Shown: positions 26,156-36,249, numbered from the stretch's first letter. The stretch: 64,000 bases of DNA from Spirochaetia bacterium (GCA_965225855.1 CBDDCK010000004.1:32001-96000), one strand, 5' to 3'. Notes: generated by a model from the letters alone, not told the origin. Program-made: numbers and translations.

Positions 26156-28672
26156 ATGATGGAATTAAATAAAGAAGCTCATATAGTTATGTCTGCGGCT
26201 TATAAATTGGCGGTTGATAACGGCCATGATCATTTGACGCCAGAACATATTTTATTTGCGGCGCTCCGCTTTGGCCCGTCTCGGCAATTGATTATAGACT
26301 GTGATGTCGATGTTGAGACAGTGGAAAAAAAATTGCTAATTTATTTTGAACAGCATTTAACTAAATCAGATGAAGAGAATGAAGAAAATGTTCCAGAGCA
26401 ATCTCATTCATTCAAAAATGTGATCGAGCGTACTATGTTTCATCTTTCTGCTGCTGGCAAAACAGAAATTCAAGTGGGCGATCTCCTTGTTGCCGTATTC
26501 GATGAGCCTGAAAGTCATGCTGCATATTTTCTTAAAAGCAGCGGTTTGGATCGTTTAACTCTGCTAGAACAGGTTATGATGCAAAAGCAAGAAAGTTCAG
26601 ACGGGCGTGATAGCTTAACCCAGCTTTGGAGTGAATCGAAAGGTGAGCGTCCTGCTAGTAATAATTTGGGGCTTAGGAAAAAGCCTGGAAGTGAAAAACG
26701 CCAGAAGCAGGAAAATGCGGAAATGGGTGGTAAACGCCAGAGCTTATTGGCACAATTTACTGTTTGTTTGACAGAAATGGCGCGCAATGATGAGTTAGAG
26801 CCTTTAATTGGGCGCGATGAAATATTAGATCGGACCATTCAAGTTTTGGCCCGCCGTTTGAAAAACAATCCGGTGCATGTTGGTGAACCCGGGGTTGGGA
26901 AAACGGCCATAACAGAAGGCTTGGCCCAGCGTATTATCGCAGGAAAGGTGCCGAGTACTTTGCAAAATATGGAATTATATTCTCTTGATATAGCGGGATT
27001 GATTGCGGGTACTCGCTATCGCGGAGATTTTGAAGAGCGCATGAAATCCTTGGTGAAAGAGCTTAGTGAGCGTGGTAACGGTATTTTGTTTATTGATGAG
27101 ATACATACCATTATTGGTGCAGGTTCGGTTTCTAGCGGCAGTATGGATGTTTCCAATTTGCTCAAACCTGCTTTAATTCGCGGGCAGATACGATGTATTG
27201 GCTCTACGACTTATGATGAATTTAAGAAAACTTTTTCCAAAGATCATGCTTTGGCTAGGCGTTTTCAAAAAGTGGAGGTGCCTGCTACCAGTCGCGAAGA
27301 AACGCTGGAAATTCTCGAAGGGATCAAACACAAGTATGAAGCTTTTCACAAAGTTTCATACACTCAAGAAAGTTTAGAAAGTGCGGTAGACCTTTCCGAC
27401 CAATATATTAATGAACGCCAGCTGCCAGATAAAGCGATTGATGTAATAGATGAAGTTGGTGCTTGGGCCCGTATCCGGTTTGAAAATTTGGCTAATAGTT
27501 CCAGCCTAGAGCAAGAAGAGGCAAATTGGCATGAATTAGGACAGCCAGAAATTAGCATGGTGAATATCGAGCAAGTGGTTTCTTCCATCGCTCTTATTCC
27601 GCAAAAGACGGTTGAGACCGATGAGAAACAACGTCTGCGATATTTGGAGGAGCATTTGCTAAAATATATTCATGGACAAGATCAGGCGGTAAAAATTATT
27701 AGTGAATCCATAAAACGTTCTCGGGTAGGGTTTCGTGCGCTGAACAAACCTGTGGCCAATTTGTTGTTTGTTGGCCCTACAGGTGTGGGGAAAACGGAGC
27801 TAGCTCGCCAGCTTGCCAAAGAATTGGGTGTTAGTCTGCATCGCTTTGATATGAGCGAATATCAAGAAGGACATTCCATTGCGCGTTTAATTGGTTCTCC
27901 CCCTGGGTATGTTGGTTACGAAGAAGGTGGTTTGCTCACCGATACTTTGCGTAAATCTCCCCATTCTGTTTTGTTGCTCGATGAAATTGAAAAAGCACAT
28001 AGTAGGATTTATAATATACTGCTGCAAATGATGGATTATGCCACACTTACGGATAACCAAGGGCGTCAGGCTGATTTGCGCAATGTGATTATTATTATGA
28101 CCTCAAATGCTGGGGCATATCGTATTGGCCAAAGTCGCATCGGTTTTGGTGATAAGCTAATCAGTGAAGATGCGATTGATGATGCATTGAAAAATATTTT
28201 TACTCCAGAATTTCGCAATCGCTTGGATAAGGTTGTTCCTTTTAATGCATTAGATAATAAAGTTATTCGCCGTATAGCAAAGAAAGAATTAGAAGATTTT
28301 GCTAGCATTTTGGCAGAAAAAAATATTCGATTGAAATACAGTGATAAAGTTTTAGATTATCTTTGTGAGCACGGTTATTCGTTAGAATTTGGGGCCCGCA
28401 ATTTGAATCGCTTTGTTGAAGATGAGATTAAAGGGCACTTAATTGATGAAGTGCTGTATGGTAGCCTTTCTGATGGTGGGGACGTCTCTTTGCTTATACG
28501 AAATGATAAATTACAGTTTCGTTTTTTGAGCTTGAAAGATAAAGAGGAACGCAAGCTTGCCAGAGCTAATTCCAAAGGTAATTCCAAGGGAACGAAAGAT
28601 AATTCCGATGAGGAAACAAAGCCTCAAAAAAACAAGCGCGGTAAAACTGAAGTTGCCATGATTGAGGCGTAA
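26156..28672 (+). CDS. clpA: ATP-dependent Clp protease ATP-binding subunit ClpA
   Basis: Clp N-domain, two AAA modules (GEPGVGKT, GPTGVGKT), no M-domain, follows clpS; RBS AAGGAG. Confidence 0.92.
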   Translation: MMELNKEAHIVMSAAYKLAVDNGHDHLTPEHILFAALRFGPSRQLIIDCDVDVETVEKKLLIYFEQHLTKSDEENEENVPEQSHSFKNVIERTMFHLSAAGKTEIQVGDLLVAVFDEPESHAAYFLKSSGLDRLTLLEQVMMQKQESSDGRDSLTQLWSESKGERPASNNLGLRKKPGSEKRQKQENAEMGGKRQSLLAQFTVCLTEMARNDELEPLIGRDEILDRTIQVLARRLKNNPVHVGEPGVGKTAITEGLAQRIIAGKVPSTLQNMELYSLDIAGLIAGTRYRGDFEERMKSLVKELSERGNGILFIDEIHTIIGAGSVSSGSMDVSNLLKPALIRGQIRCIGSTTYDEFKKTFSKDHALARRFQKVEVPATSREETLEILEGIKHKYEAFHKVSYTQESLESAVDLSDQYINERQLPDKAIDVIDEVGAWARIRFENLANSSSLEQEEANWHELGQPEISMVNIEQVVSSIALIPQKTVETDEKQRLRYLEEHLLKYIHGQDQAVKIISESIKRSRVGFRALNKPVANLLFVGPTGVGKTELARQLAKELGVSLHRFDMSEYQEGHSIARLIGSPPGYVGYEEGGLLTDTLRKSPHSVLLLDEIEKAHSRIYNILLQMMDYATLTDNQGRQADLRNVIIIMTSNAGAYRIGQSRIGFGDKLISEDAIDDALKNIFTPEFRNRLDKVVPFNALDNKVIRRIAKKELEDFASILAEKNIRLKYSDKVLDYLCEHGYSLEFGARNLNRFVEDEIKGHLIDEVLYGSLSDGGDVSLLIRNDKLQFRFLSLKDKEERKLARANSKGNSKGTKDNSDEETKPQKNKRGKTEVAMIEA

Positions 28673-28762
28673 TTCTTTGTGCTATGAATAATCGTAGTTT
28701 TCGTTGTTTAAGCCTCCAGCCAAAGATTGGTACAAAACACATTTTGTTGGGGAGTAATCGTT

Positions 28763-29896
28763 GTGCCTACAAATAAGAATATGTTGCCTGTAGGCATGGT
28801 TGGTGCCGGTAAAATTTCCATAGCCCATCGCATTGCTTTAAGCATGGATAATCTTTTTCGTTTAGAAGCTGGTGTTTTTTCCCGCGGTGCGGAGCGTTCA
28901 CAGCAATTAGCGATTGAATTAGGGGTAGAGCGCAGTTACGTTAGTTATGAAGAAATGGCCAAAAATGAGGCCTATCGCCGAGAAAATAAGCTAGAGGCAA
29001 TACAATTTGTTGTTGTGGTTACCCATGATCAATTGCATTATCAAATCTGCAAATGCTTTTTGGAATATGGCTTTCACGTCGTTTGCGATAAGCCGCTGAC
29101 ACATGACTTAGAGCAAGCGTTGGAGTTGCAAGAGCTTGCTAAGCGGAATAATTGTGTTTTAGCTTTAACCCATAATTATTCAGCTTATGCTATGGTGCGA
29201 GAAGCTCGTTCTCGTGTTTTGTGCGGTGAGCTGGGGGAAATCCATTTGGTTATGGCAGAACATGCAGCGGGTAGTTTGTATTGGAAAGCTCCTGAAGAGT
29301 TGTTGGATAAATGGCGCTATCGTGCTGATGATTCAAACTATTACGGTATGATTTTTGATATAGGTACCCATGCGCATCATTTGTTGCGTTTTATTACGGG
29401 CGTTGAAATAGAAAGTTTATCGGCTCAAGTACAGAACCTTAGTTTGCGGACAAAAATTTACGACAATGCTTTGATACAAGCTCGGCTCACGAATCATGCT
29501 GCAGCCAATATTTGGGTGAGTCGGGTTGCCACAGGGCATGCTCATGGCCTGCGTATTCGGGTTTATGGTGATAAAGGTTCGCTCGAATGGCAGCAAGAAG
29601 ACCCTTGCCAATTGTATTTACGCGATAGCAAGGGAACGCTAAAGCGTTTGAGCCAAGGCTCTATGCTATTGGCGCCAGATGTTCAGGCATTGAGTCGGAT
29701 TAGTATTGGCCACCCGGAAGGTTTTTTTAGTTCATTTGCCAATTTGTATTGTGAATTATACTTGCATCTTTGTGGACAAAATGAAAATCCTCTTTTCCCA
29801 CAGGCTACCGATGGGGTGGCTGCCGTGCGTTTTGTCTATGCAGTTCGCTCTTCTGCCGAGAGTAGGGGAGCTTGGCAAACATTGGCAAACACTTGA
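28763..29896 (+). CDS. Gfo/Idh/MocA-family oxidoreductase
   Basis: GMVGAG, HVVCDKP, DIGTHA, GHPEGF; GTG 28763 with GGAG RBS. Confidence 0.88.
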   Translation: MPTNKNMLPVGMVGAGKISIAHRIALSMDNLFRLEAGVFSRGAERSQQLAIELGVERSYVSYEEMAKNEAYRRENKLEAIQFVVVVTHDQLHYQICKCFLEYGFHVVCDKPLTHDLEQALELQELAKRNNCVLALTHNYSAYAMVREARSRVLCGELGEIHLVMAEHAAGSLYWKAPEELLDKWRYRADDSNYYGMIFDIGTHAHHLLRFITGVEIESLSAQVQNLSLRTKIYDNALIQARLTNHAAANIWVSRVATGHAHGLRIRVYGDKGSLEWQQEDPCQLYLRDSKGTLKRLSQGSMLLAPDVQALSRISIGHPEGFFSSFANLYCELYLHLCGQNENPLFPQATDGVAAVRFVYAVRSSAESRGAWQTLANT

Positions 29897-30007
29897 AGGT
29901 GTGAGCTTGATGGAATAAAAGCCACTTTAGCAGCGATGTTCCCAAAAAAACAATTTAGCAACAGGCAAATTCCTTGCTTGCTACTTCAAAGAGTTAGTAA
30001 GGTTTTC

Positions 30008-30055
30008 AAAAATGCTAGTAAGGTTTTGGCTAAAAACCTTACTAGCATTTTTTAT
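30008..30055. terminator. Intrinsic terminator, 20-bp perfect stem
   Basis: AAAAATGCTAGTAAGGTTTT-GGCTA-AAAACCTTACTAGCATTTTT followed by Ts. Confidence 0.75.
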
Positions 30056-30227
30056 TTGCAAGCTGGGAATCTCTGAAAGATAGTAATTATATACAATGGT
30101 TTATGGTAAAGTACCATCGAACCATTGTTTGGACAAATGTAAATAAATACAGCAGAATATAGACATTTCCCATGATTTTTATACGATACTCGTTGCGAGA
30201 AAACTATGTTTTAGGGAGTATTCTATT

Positions 30228-30949
30228 ATGTACAGAATGCGTTTATTTTCCGCTTTTATAGCGGTTTTATTATTATTGGGTTCCGGTTTTTATATGCCCA
30301 GGAAGAAGGAGAAAAAGATCGTTCCAAACAAGAAGCTAGCTCTAAAGAAGATAAAGATTCTTCCTTAGATATGGATAATACAGAAGGAGCGGAGCAAAAA
30401 GCTAAAACTATTTGGTTCGATAGAATGGGCCTAGGCCTTAGCTATAGCGGTGCAGTTGTAACATTCGACAAAGATGTTAATACGGATATAGGCCCTGATA
30501 ATAAGGTAAATTCATTCCCGAATGAAATATCTTCTATTAGTTTTCATATTCCGAAAACTCCTATATTTCTTAATTTCGGTATCGTTGGTTCTAAATCTTT
30601 ATCGTATAGTCGCAATCTCAATGATGTTTTTGGCAACGATATTGGCGGTAATCTAAGCATTGATTTTATGTTATTGAGCCATTTCGCTGCTAAATGGTTT
30701 GAGCTGCGCTTATCATTGGGGACGACTACTTCTATTTTTAGCTATGATGATGGCAGTCTAATTGGGCTTTCTATGGGCTTGCGTTTGCCTCTCGGTATGA
30801 GTTTTTGGATAGGGAAGAAAACGAAAGTTGTCGAAATTTTCTTGCAAGCGTTACCAACGCTTGGCTTTGGCCTTGGCTTTGACAAGCCTATAAAAAGCTG
30901 GCTCCACTTGGATACCCCAGCTGAGTTGGGCGTGCGTTTCTGGTTTTAA
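30228..30949 (+). CDS. Putative outer-membrane beta-barrel protein (DUF3996/BAPKO_0422-like), frameshifted at T5 30287-30291
   Basis: Alternating beta-strand pattern, GLRLPLG, C-terminal GVRFWF; signal peptide from ATG 30228 is out of frame by one base. Confidence 0.65.
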
Positions 30950-30972
30950 ATTTGATTATTATATAGTTAGCG

Positions 30973-31010
30973 AAAGTGGAGCAGACAAATATTTGTCTGC
31001 TCCACTTTTT
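30973..31010. terminator. 36-bp perfect palindrome plus T-tract
   Basis: AAAGTGGAGCAGACAAAT|ATTTGTCTGCTCCACTTT. Confidence 0.8.
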
Positions 31011-31057
31011 TATTTAAAAATAATTTTGGTTTATCTATCCGATTTGTCATAATATTG

Positions 31058-31086
31058 TTGACATTCTTTATCATTTTCCCAATAAT
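31058..31086 (+). promoter_or_regulatory. sigma70 promoter overlapped by a Fur-box-like 7-1-7 element
   Basis: TTGACA-17 nt-AATAAT; TGACATT-C-TTTATCA (31059-31073) matches 11/14 of TGATAAT-N-ATTATCA; upstream of iron-binding proteins. Confidence 0.55.
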
Positions 31087-31120
31087 AGCCCGAGTATTCC
31101 AATTTAAGAGAGAGGACTCT

Positions 31121-32113
31121 ATGCGTAAATTTTATCGCTTTTTTGTATTTGCTTTGTTCGTGGTTACTTTGTTTAACTGCCAGAAAAAGTCGGAAGTGGT
31201 GCAGGCAGATGCTTCCGAAGGTAGCCAGCAGGAAGGAGAAACTTCCAATTTTCCCCTGACCATAGAGCACAAGTTTGGCACTACGGTAATTGAGCGCAAG
31301 CCAGAACGGGTAGCTTCGTTAGATTATGAAGGTGCGGATAACTTGCTGGCTTTGGGTGTCCAGCCGGTGGTTATCCGCTATTGGTTTGGTGATTACCCGC
31401 GTACGGTTTGGCCTTGGGCAGAGCCCTTGCTACAAACAGAGCCAGCCGTAATACAAAGCGGTGATTTAAACTATGAACAAATCGCTGCGGAAAACCCTGA
31501 TGTAATTATTGCGTTGTGGTCTGGTATTGATGAAGAGGCTTACAAAAAACTTAGTAGCATTGCGCCCGTAGTGGCGGTTCCCGAAGGGGTGGGAGATTAT
31601 TCGCTGCCTTGGGACAAAAGGGCTATTCGGACTGGTCTTGTAATTGGGGAAGAAGCTAAAGCTCGGGCAATGGTGCAGGATATTGAACGAAAATTGGCAG
31701 ATATTCGCCAAGGCTACCCCCAGTGGCAGGGGAAGACCGCTGCGGTTGCCTTTTTCTGGGGCGACCTGCCAGGAGCTTATAGCTCTGAAGATGTTCGCCC
31801 GCAGTTCTTGCAGGAAATGGGCTTTCGCACTCCTGCGGCCATTGATGAGCTGGCGGGTGAGAAGTTTTACGTAAGTCTAAGTGAAGAGAAATTAAACTTG
31901 ATTGATAGCGACTTGATCGCTTGGGTTACCACCGATGATAACTGGGAGAAAATTGAAGGCTTAAAGACGCGTAAATTTTTAAAAGCAAATCAAGAAGGGC
32001 GAGAAATCTTTGTGAATGCGCTAATTACCGGGGCTTTTAGTCATAATTCTTTGCTTAGCATTCCGTACGCTCTTGATGCCATGATAGAGCTAATTGAAGA
32101 AGTCATACCATAA
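31121..32113 (+). CDS. Iron-siderophore ABC transporter substrate-binding lipoprotein, copy 1
   Basis: LFNC lipobox, FPLTIEHKFGTT, PERVASL, LNYEQIAAENPDVII, YKKLSSIAPVV, SLLSIPYALD. Confidence 0.9.
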   Translation: MRKFYRFFVFALFVVTLFNCQKKSEVVQADASEGSQQEGETSNFPLTIEHKFGTTVIERKPERVASLDYEGADNLLALGVQPVVIRYWFGDYPRTVWPWAEPLLQTEPAVIQSGDLNYEQIAAENPDVIIALWSGIDEEAYKKLSSIAPVVAVPEGVGDYSLPWDKRAIRTGLVIGEEAKARAMVQDIERKLADIRQGYPQWQGKTAAVAFFWGDLPGAYSSEDVRPQFLQEMGFRTPAAIDELAGEKFYVSLSEEKLNLIDSDLIAWVTTDDNWEKIEGLKTRKFLKANQEGREIFVNALITGAFSHNSLLSIPYALDAMIELIEEVIP

Positions 32114-32189
32114 GGGGGCACTTTATAGTAGCTCCCAATATTGCCAACATATTCCCGAAATACCCTAATTTAAGAGAGAGAGAGGACTC

Positions 32190-33209
32190 ATGCGTAAATT
32201 TTATCGCTTTTTTGTATTTTGCTTGTTTGTTACTGGTTGGTTTGCTTTGTTTAACTGCCAGAAAAAGTCGGAAGTGGTGCAGGCAGATGCTTCCGAAGGT
32301 AGCCAGCAGGAAGGAGAAACTTCCAATTTTCCCCTGACCATAGAGCACAAGTTTGGCACTACGGTAATTGAGCGCAAGCCCCAACGGATAGCTTCGCTAG
32401 ATTTTGAAGGTGCGGACAATTTATTGGCTCTGGGCGTCCAGCCAGTGGTTATCCGCTATTGGTATGGTGATTACCTACGTAGAGTTTGGCCTTGGGCAGA
32501 GCCCTTGTTACAAACAGAGCCAAGCGTACTAGAGAATGGCGATTTAAACTATGAACAAATCGCTGCGGAAAACCCTGATGTAATTATTGCGTTGTGGTCT
32601 GGTATTGATGAAGAGGCTTATACCAAACTTAGTAGCATTGCGCCCGTAGTGGCGGTTCCCGAAGGGGTGGAAGATTATTCTTTGCCTTGGGACAAAAGGG
32701 CTATTAGAACCGGTCTGGCCATTGGGGAAGAAGCTAAGGCTCGGGAAATGGTGCAGGGTATTGAACAAAAACTAGAAGGTATTCGGCAAGCCTACCCGCA
32801 GTGGCAAGGGAAGACGTTTGGCTATGTCCAGTTTTGGCAGAATCTACCGGGAGCTTATACTTCTTTAAGTCCTCGCATACAGTTTTTTCAGAAAATGGGT
32901 TTTCGCACTCTTCCAGCCATTGACGAACTGGCGAAGAAGCAGGGAGGCAATAAGTATTACGTAAATCTAAGTGAAGAGAAATTGAATTTGATTGATGGCG
33001 ACTTAATCGTTTGGGTTACCAGCAATGATAAGGAGAATTGGGAGGGGATTAAAGGCTTAAAGGCGCGCAAGTTCTTAAAGGCACATCAAGAAGGGCGAGA
33101 AATTTTTGTGAATGCGCTAATTGCAGGGGCTTTTGCCCATAGTTCTTTACTTAGCATTCCGTACGCACTTGATGCCATGGTAGAGCTAATAGAAGAAGTC
33201 ATACTATAA
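32190..33209 (+). CDS. Iron-siderophore ABC transporter substrate-binding lipoprotein, copy 2
   Basis: Tandem paralog of 31121-32113, including a duplicated RBS region. Confidence 0.9.
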   Translation: MRKFYRFFVFCLFVTGWFALFNCQKKSEVVQADASEGSQQEGETSNFPLTIEHKFGTTVIERKPQRIASLDFEGADNLLALGVQPVVIRYWYGDYLRRVWPWAEPLLQTEPSVLENGDLNYEQIAAENPDVIIALWSGIDEEAYTKLSSIAPVVAVPEGVEDYSLPWDKRAIRTGLAIGEEAKAREMVQGIEQKLEGIRQAYPQWQGKTFGYVQFWQNLPGAYTSLSPRIQFFQKMGFRTLPAIDELAKKQGGNKYYVNLSEEKLNLIDGDLIVWVTSNDKENWEGIKGLKARKFLKAHQEGREIFVNALIAGAFAHSSLLSIPYALDAMVELIEEVIL

Positions 33210-33223
33210 GGGGTTGCTATACA

Positions 33224-34339
33224 ATGGGAGTTTTGGAAACGCTAAAATCGAAAATTTTTGATGTAATTATTGTTGGCGCAGGGCCTTCGGGCCTGTTTGC
33301 CGCATTCTATAGTGGTATGCGGGGCATGGATACTGCTGTTATGGAATGTCAGCCTATGGTCGGTGGCAAGCTAAATTTCTATGGGGAAAAAATTGTTTGG
33401 GATGCGGGTGGGCATCCGCCTATTTTGGCAAGTCAACTATGCCGGCAGTTATCGGAACAAGCGCAAATTTTTGAACCACAGATTTTATTTGGAGAAAAGA
33501 TTGTCCAGGTTTCTCAAAGTGCGCCATATGATAGTCATGACAACAATACCGCAATTGGCACTTGTTTCCGCCTGTCTTCGGAAACGGGTCGTGATTTTTA
33601 TAGCCGCTCTGTAATTATGGCGATTGGTAGTGGGGTGGTGAAACCCAAACTTTTATCCTTTGATGAAGGCCATCAAGCTGGCCAAAGGTTTGCAGAAGGC
33701 AATATAGCGAACCTTCATTATAGGGTTTCGCGGCTAGATGATTTTATTGGTAAGGTGGTTATGATTTCTGGCGGAGGGCATTCGGCTCTGGACTGGGCTG
33801 GAGAAATCTCTCAGGTAGCGAGAGCCGTTCACTTAGTTTATCGCAAAGCAGAGTTTGAAGGCCACGAAAATTTGGTTCAGCGGTTAAAATCGAGTATCCA
33901 TTGCTATTTGGAAACAAGCATAGTTGGGTTGGAATTAAATAAAAAGGATTTAATTGAAGCAGTGCAATTGGAAAGCCTCCATAGTGGTTCGAGTTTTTCG
34001 ATATTGGTGGACTGTCTGCTCGTTAGCCATGGTTTTGATCGTGATGATAGTTTATTACAGCAAAGCCCTTTACCGAATTTGAATTTAGATGAAGGGCGTA
34101 TTGCCGGTGATGCTTTAGCACAGACCGGGCAGGAAGGAATCTTTGCTGCCGGCGATGTGCTAAGATTTCCGGGTAAGGTTAATTTACTAGCTGGCTGTTT
34201 TCAAGATGCTGTCAATGCGGTGAATCGGGCTAAATCTTATATAGACCCTGCCGCAAATGGGAAGGCCAGGGTTTCCAGCCATAATGCGGTATTTGAAGAG
34301 CGCAATGCGATTTTGTTTGCTGCCAAAAAACAGAGATAA
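33224..34339 (+). CDS. Thioredoxin-reductase-type ferredoxin/flavodoxin-NADP+ reductase (YumC/YcgT-like)
   Basis: GAGPSGLFAAFY, YGEKIVWDAGG, GGGHSALDW, GIFAAGD, C-terminal VSSH; no CxxC. Confidence 0.82.
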   Translation: MGVLETLKSKIFDVIIVGAGPSGLFAAFYSGMRGMDTAVMECQPMVGGKLNFYGEKIVWDAGGHPPILASQLCRQLSEQAQIFEPQILFGEKIVQVSQSAPYDSHDNNTAIGTCFRLSSETGRDFYSRSVIMAIGSGVVKPKLLSFDEGHQAGQRFAEGNIANLHYRVSRLDDFIGKVVMISGGGHSALDWAGEISQVARAVHLVYRKAEFEGHENLVQRLKSSIHCYLETSIVGLELNKKDLIEAVQLESLHSGSSFSILVDCLLVSHGFDRDDSLLQQSPLPNLNLDEGRIAGDALAQTGQEGIFAAGDVLRFPGKVNLLAGCFQDAVNAVNRAKSYIDPAANGKARVSSHNAVFEERNAILFAAKKQR

Positions 34340-34350
34340 ATAGTAAAAAG

Positions 34351-34389
34351 GCTCTTTGCTCAACTTACTTTAAGAATTGGGCAAAGAGC
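34351..34389. terminator. Probable bidirectional terminator
   Basis: GCTCTTTGCTCAA...TTGGGCAAAGAGC between convergent genes, flanked by A and T runs. Confidence 0.7.
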
Positions 34390-34414
34390 TCTTTCTTGTT
34401 CTATTTACAATAAA

Positions 34415-35017
34415 TTACGATGCATTATCCAATTTTTCAGCAACATATTCCCAATTGACTAAATTATTTACAAAAGCTTCTAAATATTTAGGGCGGGCAT
34501 TTCTGTAGTCAATATAGTAAGAATGCTCCCATACATCGCAGCCAAGTAAAGCCTCGCCACCGTGAACCAGCGGATTTTCTCCGTTGGCTGTTTTGGTTAT
34601 TTCCAATTTACCGCTGCTGTTTAGAATCAACCATGCCCAGCCAGAACCAAATTGTGTTGCACCTGCAGTACAAAAGGCTTGCTTAAAAGCATCGACCGAG
34701 CCAAAATCTGCTACAAGCTTTGTTTCAAGCTTTCCCGGTATTTTACCATTGGCCTTAGAAGCCATCATTTTCCAAAATTCAATGTGGTTCCAATGTTGGG
34801 CAGCATTATTGAACAGACCAGTTAAATTTTGCTTCCAAGCCTCTTTAACTATTTCTCCCAAAGATTTATTTTCTAGACTAGTGTCTTCTAATAATTTATT
34901 GCCGTTTACGACATAAGCATTGTGGTGCTTGTCGTGATGAAATTCTAAGGTTTCTGCAGACATATGCGGCTCAAGCGCATCGTATGCATAGGGCAAATCG
35001 GGTAAAGTAAAAGCCAT
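34415..35017 (-). CDS. sodB: Fe/Mn-family superoxide dismutase (Fe-type signature)
   Basis: HHDKHH, FNNAAQHWNH, QFGSGWAW, DVWEHSYYIDY. Confidence 0.93.
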   Translation of the reverse strand: MAFTLPDLPYAYDALEPHMSAETLEFHHDKHHNAYVVNGNKLLEDTSLENKSLGEIVKEAWKQNLTGLFNNAAQHWNHIEFWKMMASKANGKIPGKLETKLVADFGSVDAFKQAFCTAGATQFGSGWAWLILNSSGKLEITKTANGENPLVHGGEALLGCDVWEHSYYIDYRNARPKYLEAFVNNLVNWEYVAEKLDNAS

Positions 35018-35124
35018 TTCTATTTCCTCCTAAGAAATAAAGTTCGATTAAAGTTAGGCCATATTGCCTGAAATGTAAAAAAAAGTCTATATAGAATGAA
35101 GCCGCAGGCCAATTAATCGCCCCG

Positions 35125-36249
35125 CTATTTTTGTTCCGAATTAAATGTAGGGTTAAATTGTTGTTCTACTTTGACAAACGTTGCTCTTTTGCTAATTTGT
35201 TTGAGTGTTGATGCGCCTATATAGGTACAGGTTGAGCGGACACCACCCAAGATATTGAGAATTGTACCTTCTACTTTGCCACGGAAAGGAACCACTACTG
35301 TTTTGCCTTCCGATGAACGGTATTGTGCCACACCTCCTGCATATTTTTTCATTGCTGTATCCGATGACATGCCATAGAACTTCATCACTTTTTTTTCAAG
35401 AACTTTTGGTTCCGATGATAAAACCGAACCATCTTCATTTAATTTTATTTCTACTTCGTCTGTAGTGTAATAGGTTGTCTCAATTTCACCGCTACATTCT
35501 TCGTGGCCAGCCAGCATACCACCTAGCATTACAAAATCAGCTCCCCCTGCAAAAGCTTTGGCTACATCGCCAGGGCAGGCACAACCGCCGTCTCCACATA
35601 CTAAACCACCTAAACCGTGGGCTGCATCAGCGCATTCCATAATTGCCGATAGCTGGGGCATTCCTACGCCTGTTTGTATGCGTGTAGTACATACTGAACC
35701 GGGCCCTATACCTACTTTTATTATGTCTGCTCCACGCAAAATTAGCTCTTCTGTCATTTCACCCGTTACTACATTCCCTGTAATGATGGTAGTTTCTGGG
35801 TATGTCTTGTGGAAGTTTGATACCAGATCGCTAAACCTTTGAGTATAGCCATTGGCAACATCAATGCACAAAAACTTGACGCTACCTTTGGGAACTCTCG
35901 TATAAAAATCTTGCCACTTAGCTACGTCTCTTTGTACAATTCCCATTGAATAAGCAACATATTCGGTGTTGGTTTCTGGAGCCGTAAAGAATTTTACTAA
36001 TTCGTCCGTACTGTAGTGCTTATGTAAGCAAGTCATTACATTGTGCTTAGCTAACTCTCTTTGCATTTCCATGGTGCCTGTTGTGTCCATATTGGCTGAC
36101 ATAATAGGCACACCCGTCCAAGTATTACCAGAATTTTTAAATTTAAATGTACGGTTTAAGTCCACTTCCTTGCGAGAGTTTAACGTGGAACGTTTGGGGC
36201 GAAGCAATACACTTTTAAAGTCAAGTTTATTATCTGGAATAATATGCAT
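35125..36249 (-). CDS. guaC: GMP reductase
   Basis: ANMDTTGT, IDVANGY, KVGIGPGSVCTTR, FYGMSS, YRSSEGK, LGGVRSTCTY; no CBS domains. Confidence 0.93.
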   Translation of the reverse strand: MHIIPDNKLDFKSVLLRPKRSTLNSRKEVDLNRTFKFKNSGNTWTGVPIMSANMDTTGTMEMQRELAKHNVMTCLHKHYSTDELVKFFTAPETNTEYVAYSMGIVQRDVAKWQDFYTRVPKGSVKFLCIDVANGYTQRFSDLVSNFHKTYPETTIITGNVVTGEMTEELILRGADIIKVGIGPGSVCTTRIQTGVGMPQLSAIMECADAAHGLGGLVCGDGGCACPGDVAKAFAGGADFVMLGGMLAGHEECSGEIETTYYTTDEVEIKLNEDGSVLSSEPKVLEKKVMKFYGMSSDTAMKKYAGGVAQYRSSEGKTVVVPFRGKVEGTILNILGGVRSTCTYIGASTLKQISKRATFVKVEQQFNPTFNSEQK

